A DNA stretch of 64,000 bases, from the NCBI GenBank assembly GCA_945876035.1, contig CAMCMU010000022.1:7176-71175 (forward strand), written 5' to 3'. A program made the translations under genes and the position numbers. The notes below the pieces were generated by a model, which worked only from the letters and a program-made list of their open reading frames with translations, did not search any database and was not told where the DNA came from. This document shows positions 36,768 through 47,109 of this stretch, one piece after another (within the stretch, counting starts at the first letter, position 1; each line of letters begins with the position of its first letter). Source of the stretch: Schlesneria paludicola DSM 18645. GTDB taxonomy: Bacteria > Planctomycetota > Planctomycetia > Planctomycetales > Planctomycetaceae.

Positions 36768-38645
36768 ATGTCAAATCAGTCTTCAGATGAACTTGAACAA
36801 TCCTTGAACGCCATTCGGATCGCGGTGGAACGTGGTCAACTGACCGACTCCGCCGCGGAGAATCTGAATCGCTGGTTGCGCGAATCCTATTACGCAGAAT
36901 ATCGTCAGGCTCTTCATCGACTCGTTAGTCAGAGTAATTTCGATGAATTAGATCGGCTGTTTTGGGAGCGGATCCCGTTCGGGACCGGAGGCCGACGAGG
37001 GCCGATGGCGGACTTTGGCTCGGCGACAATTAATGCAAGAACCATCGCCGAGTCCGCCTATGGACTCGGCGAGTATGTCAAGAGATTTCGAAATCGCTTG
37101 ACGGATTCACGGCAGTCGTCGCCGCCTCATGCAGTCGTCGCATTCGATTCCCGGCATCGCTCCTTGGAATTTGCTCAAGGGACAGCCACGGTCTTAGCCG
37201 CGTCGGGGTTCCTGGTTTTCCTGTTTTCTGAACCTCGTTCAACACCCGAATTATCCTTCGCGGTGCGTTACCTGCAGTGCGATGCGGGCGTGATGATTTC
37301 CGCATCGCACAATCCGCCAACCGACAATGGATTTAAGGCATATTGGTCGAACGGCGGGCAGGTATTGCCTCCGCACGATGCGGGAATTATCGCCTGTGTC
37401 GATGCGGCAACCGAGATTACAAAACTCAATTTCCACGAGGGGGTTCGAAACGGGCGAATTGTCCTGCTGGGCCCGACCGTTGACTCGGCTTACGTGGATG
37501 CGGTCTGCGCCTTGAGTCTTTCGTCTGAACGAGCCGTCCGAGCGCTTTATACACCCTTACATGGTGTTGGTGAATCGTCGGTGTTTCGGGTGATTCGTCA
37601 ATTGGGCTTTGAGGGCGTCACAATTTTTGAGGCACAACGATCACTTGACGGAGATTTCCCCAACGTTCCTGATCATCTCCCCAATCCCGAACGAAGCGAA
37701 GTCTTCATCCCGGCAATTCAAGAAGCAGAGTTAATCGATGCCGAATTAATCCTTGCCTCCGATCCCGATGCAGACCGCTTAGCTGTTGCCGTCCGCGATG
37801 CGACGGGACACTTTGTGATCTTGTCTGGAAACCAACTAGGGGCCCTGCTGACGGACTATGTTTTGAGTCGCAGAGCTCTCCAAGGCTCGATGACGCCAGA
37901 GCATTTTGTTGTCGAAACACTTGTCACAACTCCTCTGATTCAAGCGATTGCCACCGACTACGGTCTCGCGATCGTTAGCGATGTATTGGTCGGATTCAAA
38001 CACATCGCTGCGGAAGTCGATGCTCGTGGAGTTGAGCGATTTGTGTTTGCCGCGGAAGAATCGATTGGATTTATGGCAGGAGACTATTGCCGTGATAAGG
38101 ACGGTGCCATCGGAGCAATTTATGTTTTGGAACTCGCTGCGCAACTCAAACGACAGAACCGAACATTGCTTGACCAACTGTGTGTCTTGCATTCCAAGTA
38201 TGGCTTCCACTACGAATTAACGCGGTCAATCACCTGCACCGGATCGACGGGACGTCGACGTATCGAGCATTTGATGCACAGGCTTCGCGATCAACCACCC
38301 CGATCAGTCGGTTGCTGTCGATTCGAGTCGGTCCGCGATTTCCTGAGAGGCGAAACGCGTCAACTTCCGTCCAATGAGAAGAGTGAATCGCGGAATCATC
38401 CATCTGGAGACATGCTGATGTTTGAGGGTATGAGTGGTGATCATTGCCTGACCATCGCCATTCGTCCTTCAGGAACCGAACCCAAATTGAAGCTTTACGG
38501 TTTTATCAGGACATCGCCCGATCGGAGTTCTTTGGCCAATCAGGAACAGGCCCGTTCGAGTCTGACCGACGTGATGATCGAAATGGAATCATGGCTGTTG
38601 ACGGACCATGGAATGGCGGAAGCGAGTGATCAACGGCGGTTGTGA
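36768..38645 (+). CDS. Phospho-sugar mutase (phosphoglucomutase/phosphomannomutase)
   Basis: FGTGGRRG; SASHNP phosphoserine loop; DPDADR metal loop; AEESIG; RPSGTEPKLK; gaggt RBS. Confidence 0.93.
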   Translation: MSNQSSDELEQSLNAIRIAVERGQLTDSAAENLNRWLRESYYAEYRQALHRLVSQSNFDELDRLFWERIPFGTGGRRGPMADFGSATINARTIAESAYGLGEYVKRFRNRLTDSRQSSPPHAVVAFDSRHRSLEFAQGTATVLAASGFLVFLFSEPRSTPELSFAVRYLQCDAGVMISASHNPPTDNGFKAYWSNGGQVLPPHDAGIIACVDAATEITKLNFHEGVRNGRIVLLGPTVDSAYVDAVCALSLSSERAVRALYTPLHGVGESSVFRVIRQLGFEGVTIFEAQRSLDGDFPNVPDHLPNPERSEVFIPAIQEAELIDAELILASDPDADRLAVAVRDATGHFVILSGNQLGALLTDYVLSRRALQGSMTPEHFVVETLVTTPLIQAIATDYGLAIVSDVLVGFKHIAAEVDARGVERFVFAAEESIGFMAGDYCRDKDGAIGAIYVLELAAQLKRQNRTLLDQLCVLHSKYGFHYELTRSITCTGSTGRRRIEHLMHRLRDQPPRSVGCCRFESVRDFLRGETRQLPSNEKSESRNHPSGDMLMFEGMSGDHCLTIAIRPSGTEPKLKLYGFIRTSPDRSSLANQEQARSSLTDVMIEMESWLLTDHGMAEASDQRRL

Positions 38646-38681
38646 TCGCCAAGCCCCCCCCAAAGGAGAAGACGCCGAGGC

Positions 38682-38706
38682 GAAAGAGACTCGTCGCGTC
38701 TCTTTC
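38682..38706. terminator. Hairpin between convergent genes (possible terminator)
   Basis: Perfect 9-bp stem gaaagagac/gtctctttc with 7-nt loop, 37 nt after the mutase stop; no clear U-tract. Confidence 0.35.
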
Positions 38707-38846
38707 CCGATCGAGCATTGACGACTCCTTCGATCCCTCACAGTGTTTTGGTTTTCGCCGCCCCACGAATTCGCCGAGCGCGATGACGAAAGCGAGCCTG
38801 ATCCACAGTTTTCGGATCGGGCTCGGATTGCGGTGGATCGATTCCG

Positions 38847-39903
38847 TCATTGTGCTCTTGGAAATCCCGCTGATTCTCCGACTGTTGCCGATCTCATTTC
38901 GGTGCCGCCATGATTGATCACGTCGATCAATTGGCGCAAACGGGCGGTATCGCGACGGTTGAGGTGCAAAGCAATACGGGGAAGATCTGACAAGTGCTCC
39001 TGATCCATTTCATCAGGAGCGGCCTGTGTTCTTTCGATACGGCCACTCTCGAGGATGTCTCTGAATTCTTCGTTGATCCGATTCAGCAACGCGTCATCGA
39101 TGGGCGTATGCAGTCGCATGACAAGCCGCTCGTGAAGAGAGCGTATGCTGTCAAAAACCGTATCGAACGTCCGTATTTCATCGACCGCCTCGTCGACAGA
39201 ATCCGTGATGCGTAGCAGCGACAAATCAGGCGCACTGAGCATGTTTCTGTCCAATAATAGCTCGCGAACGAACTCGTACCAAGCCTTCCAATAGGTTCCA
39301 CCGGGTGCATCGATACGGATGATTGGCAGCGGATCTCGCTTGCCGGTCTGGAGCAGTGTCAGAACTTCAAAAAGTTCGTCTTGAGTGCCGAATCCACCGG
39401 GGAAGAAAACCACCGCGTGAACCTCTATGTCGAACATCAGTTTGCGAGTGAAAAAGAATCGGAAGGTCAGCCGTTTGTCGGCAGGAATGATGGTCGAATT
39501 CGCCTCCTCTTCGAACGGCAGCATAATTTTCACGCCCATCGACATCGTCGGGCCCGCACCAACGTGTGCCGCTTCCAGGATGCCTCCTCCGGCACCTGTC
39601 ACGATGATCCATCCGGCCTCCGCCATTCGACGGCCAAAGGCAACCGATGCCACATAGTCAGGATGATCCGTTGGCGTGCGCGACGAGCCAAAAACCGTCA
39701 CCTTATTTTATACGTCGATAGGGCCTGAAAATTTTCAAGGCGTCACGCAGTTCCCGGATCGCTCGGCAGAGCAATTTCAAGTCGCCCAGTGAAGCCTGAT
39801 CGCGTTGCCGTTTGTCCGCCGTGTGCTTGACGTCCGCAATCCAGTGCGTGCGGCCATCTGATTCGGAAGTCCCGCCGGAAAGTGGTGTCGATGCGGCTAT
39901 CAC
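38847..39903 (-). pseudogene. Frameshifted LOG / TIGR00730-like (PpnN-type) nucleotidase gene
   Basis: Fragment 39703-39903 ends FRPYRRIK* and frame 38847-39701 resumes VTVFGSSRT, TGAGGG, FFTRK, PGGFGTQDE. One extra base around the A4 run (39706-39709) breaks the expected PYR..KVTVFG junction. Confidence 0.75.
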
Positions 39904-39966
39904 GACGCTCCGCCATCGGGGAATAAAAGCGGGGACGAGCTCACGAGTGACGTGGCCCGAAAACGG

Positions 39967-40332
39967 TCATCCATCAACGGCGTCGACCGCTTCTGCTCGA
40001 GTTTCATAAATCGCCCACAACGTGTCCAAGGCGGTCAGTTTCAGTACATTTCGTGCCGTTTCGCTCGGCCCCGAAAGAACCATCTCGCCGCCTCGACTCT
40101 TCACCGCCGTATGGCATCGCAACAAGAGTGCCAGAAAGGCCGATCCGAAAAATTTGACTTGGCTGAGATCAATCACCGCCATTGGTGATGCGGCCGATTT
40201 GAGCGGCTCCATCACAATCACAGCCGCCTCTTCAATCAATTCCCAAGGCATCTGTTCCACATTAGGAGAGGGGGTAATGATCACGGTATTTCCGTGCCAC
40301 TCCAACCGAAAGTCATCACTGGGTAAGGTCAT
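39967..40332 (-). CDS. STAS-domain anti-sigma factor antagonist
   Basis: [18 protein letters not shown]; GGEMVLSG; [20 protein letters not shown]. Confidence 0.9.
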   Translation of the reverse strand: MTLPSDDFRLEWHGNTVIITPSPNVEQMPWELIEEAAVIVMEPLKSAASPMAVIDLSQVKFFGSAFLALLLRCHTAVKSRGGEMVLSGPSETARNVLKLTALDTLWAIYETRAEAVDAVDG

Positions 40333-41082
40333 GTTTCATGATCCATCGCGGTATTTTTTTTGATGTGTTGCTTCACGCCGCACATCGGCAGGCCGAATTC
40401 AGGGAACTCCTGACAAAACTCCCATCTGCTCCGTCAGTCTTCATAACTCCCCTCTGGACTTATCCTCAATCGCTCACATTGCAGCAAGCCTGAAAAAAAC
40501 AGACGGGTCTGATAGGGGCCACGTTCGATTTGGGAAACAGCCGTCGCCTGATCTGTCATCCACGTTTTTCAGGGAATTCCTGACCGGAGGAAATGCACCA
40601 AAGGCGGGCCGCAATACCGCGGCCAAATCTTTTTGGGTGTTCGTCGTTCGTTGCCAAACAATCCCGACCGATGCGACGAGAGTCAGCCGGCAATTCCTGC
40701 AGAAATCGCCTGTGACATCGGAAGCTCAAGATGTCGAATCGGCCTCGAAGCGTGAACAGACAATGATACGGCTCATGCCTCACGGTGGCTTGCGAGCCCT
40801 TCCCCGAACGGCCAACGAAAAGAAGTCCCCTGACACGGCTGAGGCGGAGTCAGCCGCTGGCAAAAACTCTCTGGCGTGAAACGGCATCTCGACCATTTGC
40901 TGCGTCGGGTGTTCCTTGATTTTCGGTGATGACCGGCGTTCACTCGTTTGACATGCGACCGCGGATGAGTCATCGGAGTCTTGTACTTTTTTCTGGCCAA
41001 TCCGTAGAATGGCGGGGCTGAATTTCTGTCGCAATTGTGGCAGCTCGGCGAATGCTTCGGAATTGCCCTAGGTCTATAGAAT

Positions 41083-43497
41083 ATGAGCGAAATCGGACTT
41101 CTTTTGCTGTTCTCGATCGCCTCACCGATGGCTGTTGGCGATGTGGACTTTTCGCATGATATCGTTCCAATTCTTCAGCAACACTGCGCAAAGTGTCATA
41201 CGGGCGATCAAAAAAAAGGGGGCTTGTCGTTCAACACGCGGGAGTCAACGCTGTTGGGGGGCGAGTCCGGAAAAGTGCTCATCCCGGGGAACAGCGTGGA
41301 AAGCGAACTCATCCGGCGGCTGACCAGTGACGATGTGGGTTTCAAAATGCCACCGGAGGGACCTCCCGTTCCATTCGAAACAATTGCCTTATTGAAATCG
41401 TGGATCGATGCCGGAATGTCTTGGGAGCGTGGTTTTACATTTGGGCCGCGTGGCTACGAACCGCCGCTCCAACCGAGAGCCCCCGAATTACCGCCCGTCA
41501 TCGACGGACGATCTCATCCGGTCGATCGATTGATCGATACTTATCTTGTCTCAAAAAGCCGTTCGCGACCGCTGTCGATTGATGACGCCACATTTTTCAG
41601 GCGGATTCATCTAGATTTGGTGGGATTGTTGCCGCAACCGGCAGACCTTGGAATCTTTCTTGATGATCAGAGGCCGGAAAAGCGCACTCGCATCGCTCGT
41701 GAGTTACTCTCTCGTGACATGGATTATGCCGAAAATTGGCTGACGTTTTGGAATGATCTGCTCCGTAACGACTACTCCGGGACAGGTTTCATCACGGGGG
41801 GACGGAAGCAAATCACGCAGTGGCTTTATGAGGCACTGGTGACGAACATGCCTTACGATCAATTCGTGAGAGAACTGATTGCACCACCAACGCCGAACAG
41901 TGCAGGATTTGGTGAAGGGATTCGTTGGCGGGGCGAAGTCAGTGCAGGGCAGACGGTCGAAATTCAATTTGCCCAAAGTGTGGGGCAAGCGTTCCTCGGG
42001 ATCAACTTAAAATGCGCGTCGTGTCACGACAGTTTCGTCGATCGCTGGACGCTTGAGGAAGCGTATGGACTCGCTGCCGTTTACTCAGAGAATCCGCTCG
42101 AAATTCATCGCTGTGACAAGCCTTTAGGCAAACAGGCGCGCGCGGCCTGGCTCTTCCCCGAACTCGGTGAGATCGACGCATTGGCGCCGCAGCCCGAGCG
42201 GCTCAAGCAACTCGCGAACCTGATGACGCATCCCGAAAACGGTCGTTTTCCGCGGACGATCATCAACCGTCTGTGGCATCGTCTCATGGGCCGCGGATTG
42301 GTTTATCCGAACGACGCCATGCAGACGGAGCCCTGGAACACCGACTTGCTCGATTACCTCGCGAGTGACCTCGTGAATCACAAATATGATCTGAAGCAGA
42401 GTCTGGAATTGATCGTCACGTCACAGGCGTATCAATCGCAATCTCAGATCGTGACGCAATTCACAGACGATGTCGGCTACGTCTATGCCGGTCCGCGAGC
42501 CAAGCGAATGACGGCAGAGCAGTTCATCGACACCGTGTGGCAGTTAACGGAATCCGCACCGGGAGGCTACGACGCACAAATCATTCGCGGCAAACGATCC
42601 CGCAACGGGACACGCCGAGGCTCGCTCGTCGGCCAGTGGATTTGGGGTTCCCCAGACTCTCAAACGGCTCTCGGTACTGAAGCGTTTGCATTTCAGACGA
42701 CGTGGGATTTAAAGTCCGTTCCGCAACAGGCCGTGGCCGTGATCACCTGCGACAACAGTTACGTCCTGTATCTGAACGGAGCCCGAGTCGACGCCGGCAA
42801 GAATTGGGAACAGCCGCAGGCCCTGTTGATCACTTCGCAACTCCGTGCGGGTGCCAATGAAATTTTGGTCGTCGGTAAAAACGAGGGCACATCGCCAAAC
42901 CCGGCTGGATTATTTTGCGAACTGCAAGTCTGCACCGCCGACGGAGAAATTCTTTCACTGGGCTCTAACGAATCTTGGTCATGCTCGAATTCGATTCCCA
43001 GCGACAATGGCAATTACCCGACAGCACCGACCGATTGGCGGCCGGCAACTCTCATTACCCAGCATCAGGTATGGTCGAATTCCCTAGAATCGGTGCTCAT
43101 TTCGATGCTCGATCAAGCGTCGCAGTCCAGACCCACGATGGTCCGAGCGGCCCTGATTAAAGGGGATGCGTTGATGAAGTCGCTGGGTCGTCCCAACCGC
43201 GACCAGATCGTCAGCGTCCGCCCGGAGATACTCACGACGCTGGAAGCCATCGACCTCTCCAACGGTCAAACACTGGCAAACTACTTGAATCGTGGAGCCA
43301 CCCGTCTGCGGGACCGCACGTGGGATTCTGTACCTGCTTTTGCCAAGTGGCTCTATCGCTACGCAGTCAGTCGCGACCCGTCGCCTCTGGAATTACAGAT
43401 CCTCAGTAACGCCTTGGGCGAGACGCTGACCGAACAGGGGATCGAAGACATTCTGTGGGCCGTCATCATGCTACCCGAGTTTCAATTGGTGAGATAA
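41083..43497 (+). CDS. Planctomycete cytochrome c (PSCyt1) / DUF1549 / DUF1553 (PSD1) protein
   Basis: Signal peptide; VDFSHDIVPILQQHCAKCH; KMPP; RRIHLDLVGLLP; FLGINLKCASCHD; NRLWHRLMGRG; RMTAEQFID; LWAVIMLPEF. Confidence 0.93.
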   Translation: MSEIGLLLLFSIASPMAVGDVDFSHDIVPILQQHCAKCHTGDQKKGGLSFNTRESTLLGGESGKVLIPGNSVESELIRRLTSDDVGFKMPPEGPPVPFETIALLKSWIDAGMSWERGFTFGPRGYEPPLQPRAPELPPVIDGRSHPVDRLIDTYLVSKSRSRPLSIDDATFFRRIHLDLVGLLPQPADLGIFLDDQRPEKRTRIARELLSRDMDYAENWLTFWNDLLRNDYSGTGFITGGRKQITQWLYEALVTNMPYDQFVRELIAPPTPNSAGFGEGIRWRGEVSAGQTVEIQFAQSVGQAFLGINLKCASCHDSFVDRWTLEEAYGLAAVYSENPLEIHRCDKPLGKQARAAWLFPELGEIDALAPQPERLKQLANLMTHPENGRFPRTIINRLWHRLMGRGLVYPNDAMQTEPWNTDLLDYLASDLVNHKYDLKQSLELIVTSQAYQSQSQIVTQFTDDVGYVYAGPRAKRMTAEQFIDTVWQLTESAPGGYDAQIIRGKRSRNGTRRGSLVGQWIWGSPDSQTALGTEAFAFQTTWDLKSVPQQAVAVITCDNSYVLYLNGARVDAGKNWEQPQALLITSQLRAGANEILVVGKNEGTSPNPAGLFCELQVCTADGEILSLGSNESWSCSNSIPSDNGNYPTAPTDWRPATLITQHQVWSNSLESVLISMLDQASQSRPTMVRAALIKGDALMKSLGRPNRDQIVSVRPEILTTLEAIDLSNGQTLANYLNRGATRLRDRTWDSVPAFAKWLYRYAVSRDPSPLELQILSNALGETLTEQGIEDILWAVIMLPEFQLVR

Positions 43498-43502
43498 ACA
43501 AC

Positions 43503-44933
43503 ATGCACGAAACACGTCGTCAGTTCCTTCAACAGCTTGCAGCAGGCAGTACCGCAGCGATGACCGCTGGTGAACCGAGACGTCTCTTTGCAACAGCTGC
43601 TGGTGAAGAGATCGAGCAGCCGAAGTCCACGGCGGACGCATGCATCTTGCTGTGGATGGGAGGCGGCATGGGCGCGCCCGATACTTGGGATCCGAAAACC
43701 TACGTCCCCTTTGAGGTCGGTCTGCCCATCGAACGCGTTCTCAGCACATTCCCGGCGATCGATACGGTGGTCGATACCATCAAAATCTCGCAGGGGCTTG
43801 AGCATCTGGCACAGATCATGGACAGGGCGACCCTCATCCGCTCACATGTTCAGCCCGACTTGGGGAACATCCTCCATTCGCGGCATCAGTACCATTGGCA
43901 TACGGGCTATGTCCCGCCTCAAACGGTGGCCTGTCCTCATCTCGGAGCGTGGATCGCACGCGTGCTTGGCCCGCAGAACCCGGTGATCCCGCCGTTTATT
44001 AACATCGGACAACGGCTGGAAGGAGTCGGTGAGCAGGAAGAGTTAAAAGCCTTCACCACGGCGGGGTTCTTCGGTACCGAATTCGGTCCGATGAATCTGC
44101 CCTTCGCCGAAGAGGCCGCTCAATCGGTAAAGCCGCCCAAAGGAATGGTCCCTGATCGCTTCGAGAGCCGCTACAGACTCTATCAAAAACTGGTCGATGG
44201 CACGCCGCAGCGTGAGCTGCTCAGCCATCACCAACGGGAGTCGATTGTCCGCTCGATGGATCATGCTTATCGGTTACTCAATTCCCCTGAGCGAACCGCG
44301 TTTGACATCTCTCAGGAACCGAAAGAGAGCTTCGAGAAGTACGATACCGGCCGCTTCGGTCGAGGCTGTTTGCTCGCTCGACGCCTTGTCGAATCGGGAG
44401 CGAGATTCGTTGAAGTGACCACCGAATACGTGCCATTTTTCAATTGGGACACGCACGCCAACGGACACACGACGCTGGTGGACATGAAGAAACAGATCGA
44501 CCGCCCGATCTCGCAACTCGTGCTCGATCTGGAATCGCGAGGGCTCCTTGATCGAACGCTTGTGATCATCGCGAGCGAATTCAGTCGTGATATGATGGTC
44601 GAGGGTCAGCCTGGCTCGAAGGCCAAAGATCAGACGACGGAAAACGTCGATGCCTTCCAAGAACTGAAGCACTACGGCTTGCACCGCCATTTCACAGGAG
44701 GCTCGTCCGTAGTGATGTTCGGCGGCGGAATGAAACGGGGATTCGTGTACGGCAAGACAAATCCGGAACGACCCTGTATTGCCATCGAGAATCCGGTCAG
44801 CGTGAGTGACCTGCATGCAACCATTTTCACCGCGATGGGTATCAGCCCTAAAACCGCCTTTGATGTCGAGAAGCGACCGTTTTATGCCACCGAAGATGGA
44901 AAAGGGACCGCGGTCATGCCTCTATTCGCATAA
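43503..44933 (+). CDS. DUF1501 protein (Tat-exported)
   Basis: TRRQFL signal; ILLWMGGG; DTWDPK; GCLLARRLVESG; WDTH; LDRTLVIIASEFSR; DLHATI. Starts 5 bp after the PSD1 stop. Confidence 0.93.
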   Translation: MHETRRQFLQQLAAGSTAAMTAGEPRRLFATAAGEEIEQPKSTADACILLWMGGGMGAPDTWDPKTYVPFEVGLPIERVLSTFPAIDTVVDTIKISQGLEHLAQIMDRATLIRSHVQPDLGNILHSRHQYHWHTGYVPPQTVACPHLGAWIARVLGPQNPVIPPFINIGQRLEGVGEQEELKAFTTAGFFGTEFGPMNLPFAEEAAQSVKPPKGMVPDRFESRYRLYQKLVDGTPQRELLSHHQRESIVRSMDHAYRLLNSPERTAFDISQEPKESFEKYDTGRFGRGCLLARRLVESGARFVEVTTEYVPFFNWDTHANGHTTLVDMKKQIDRPISQLVLDLESRGLLDRTLVIIASEFSRDMMVEGQPGSKAKDQTTENVDAFQELKHYGLHRHFTGGSSVVMFGGGMKRGFVYGKTNPERPCIAIENPVSVSDLHATIFTAMGISPKTAFDVEKRPFYATEDGKGTAVMPLFA

Positions 44934-45516
44934 CGGTCGTCCGCAAGTCCACGGTTATGCGAATCTCGCGGAAGTATTGGGTGGCCCCCAAGTTGTCTTC
45001 ATGTGCCGTAAACCTGTGTGATGTCAGGAATCCCCGTCGGTTCACGCCGGCATCAATGATTGCTCCGCCAACCGCCGCCGAATCAATTCAAAACTGAGGC
45101 ACAGCCCAACAGCCGATCTCTTGGGAATGGGCTTGCCATCATGGCCCGACACGAAGCACAGATCTGGATTCTTTTAGACAAATCCACGTTTGGATCAGGT
45201 GACTGGCGAGTCGTGTTTCTGATATCCGCCGATGCGCAACAGAAACAGCCCCCCGCTTCAAGATCATAGCGGCATGACCTGTCCAGCGTTGGCCGTGCGG
45301 CTCTGTCAGTTGATCGCCGACGGCGTCTGCGGCGTCGGCGTCAGACCAAGCGGCTTCATCCACCAGCGGCCGTTTTCTTGAATTCAAGAATCGATCGTGT
45401 CGAGTCCCCGCTATCGCTCTCAAATTTCGAGTGCTAGGGTTTTAAGTCCAAGTGCTGGTCGCTAGCATACCTCGCGCGACATTTTGTCTCGTATTTTATT
45501 AAGGATAAAGCAACCG

Positions 45517-47109
45517 ATGCGAATTCTTTGGGATCTGATTGCGAGTGGCCCTCAATGGAATCGCCTCGGTGCCATCGCAATTTCCGGTCTGTTGTTGTCG
45601 GCAGTGTGGTCAGCGTTCGCAAGCGATTTTCGGATGCTTTCGTGCTGTACCGTGATCTGCAGCGCCGGCGATTCAAGAACGCTGGAGTCGTCTCGAACCA
45701 TTGATGTCGGAGCCTTGTCCGGATTGCAAGAAGAACTTTTCGACGTGTTTTTTGACCCGCAACGTCAGCGAGATGTCGTGGGAAAAAAACTCCGCCGTTC
45801 TGACGACGACGGCCAAATATTCGGTGTCCTGAATCCGAACAACGAAACGAGGAAACGTCAGACAGAACGCCTGTTGGCATTGAAATTTTCTGCTCCTCAA
45901 GATGCCGATTCGGTTGCGGCTCAAAAACAATTGAATCGTCCGATCAAAATTGTCGAGCCTCTGCGACTTTCCTTGGATGACCTTTCTGCGGTGAGGACCC
46001 CATTCGGTGAACCGAATGACTACAAGCCTTGGATTGTCCGACTCAAGAATGGCGAGTTATTGCTTGTGGCCTTCTGCTTCGGCGGAATTTCCCGCGATCA
46101 GCTTCCCAAGGGGGCTCTCTTTTTTGAGCGAGCAGTTTTTTGGCGATCAAGGGACGACGGGCAAACGTGGAGTTCTCGTGAAGAGCGAATGGATCTTCAC
46201 GGTCGTGAATTTGCAATCACGTCCCTTTCCGATGGCACTCTGATCATGCCCTGCCAATTACTCCGTGATGATTCGTCAAATCAGGCGGGCCATAGTTACA
46301 GCAAGATTTTTCGTTCGGTCGATGGTGGCCACGTTTGGACCGAAACACGGATCGGGCCGGAGGGGTTTCCGGAAAAGGCGCAGACTGCAGTCGACTGGAA
46401 TGCCATCGAATTTCCGGATGCGGACCATCCCGGAAAAACGATTGTTCAGTTAGGGGTCAGTATGCAATTTGGAGGTCACGCCGCGGCGGATCATGTTTAT
46501 TTGTGGCGTTCGCGTGATAGCGGCGCAACGTGGGACAAATCCTTCAACCCCGAGACCGATCACTGGAGCGACGTTGACGGGTTTTGTTCACAGACAACGA
46601 CCTATCGCACGGCTTCAGGGAGCCTGTTCCATCCGGTTCGAGTCGATGCCACCGGACCTCATTGGGAATTGCCAGCGATTGCCGGTTTTGAACGACGTTC
46701 TGGCGATCAGGATGACCGGACCATGCTCTGGAAGTCGACGGACAATGGTCGGAGCTTTCATAAACACAAAGATGGAGGCCGATTCGGGACTTACGGAGAA
46801 ATGTACCCCCGCTTTTTGAGACTACAAGACCAGCGACTGCTGCTGACATTTACGGTTCGCAGCAATTCGACAGATGGATCGCCGCTGGGACTTCGTGGCC
46901 TCATCAGCACGGATGACGGCGAGACATGGGACTTTCAACATGATCGAATTGTGCTCTCTGACCGCAACCATGGCACGAGTGGTGGCGGCTTCGGAAACAC
47001 CATTCAGTGTGCTGATCAATCACTGATCTCCTGTTACAGCTATCGCGGCGAAGATCGTAAGACACACATCGAGACTGTCCGATGGAATCTTCCCGCCACG
47101 CGTGAATGA
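45517..47109 (+). CDS. Exported BNR/Asp-box (sialidase-fold) protein
   Basis: Five Asp-boxes (SRDDGQTW, SVDGGHVW, SRDSGATW, STDNGRSF, STDDGETW); N-terminal hydrophobic signal. Start is 45484 or 45517. Confidence 0.85.
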   Translation: MRILWDLIASGPQWNRLGAIAISGLLLSAVWSAFASDFRMLSCCTVICSAGDSRTLESSRTIDVGALSGLQEELFDVFFDPQRQRDVVGKKLRRSDDDGQIFGVLNPNNETRKRQTERLLALKFSAPQDADSVAAQKQLNRPIKIVEPLRLSLDDLSAVRTPFGEPNDYKPWIVRLKNGELLLVAFCFGGISRDQLPKGALFFERAVFWRSRDDGQTWSSREERMDLHGREFAITSLSDGTLIMPCQLLRDDSSNQAGHSYSKIFRSVDGGHVWTETRIGPEGFPEKAQTAVDWNAIEFPDADHPGKTIVQLGVSMQFGGHAAADHVYLWRSRDSGATWDKSFNPETDHWSDVDGFCSQTTTYRTASGSLFHPVRVDATGPHWELPAIAGFERRSGDQDDRTMLWKSTDNGRSFHKHKDGGRFGTYGEMYPRFLRLQDQRLLLTFTVRSNSTDGSPLGLRGLISTDDGETWDFQHDRIVLSDRNHGTSGGGFGNTIQCADQSLISCYSYRGEDRKTHIETVRWNLPATRE

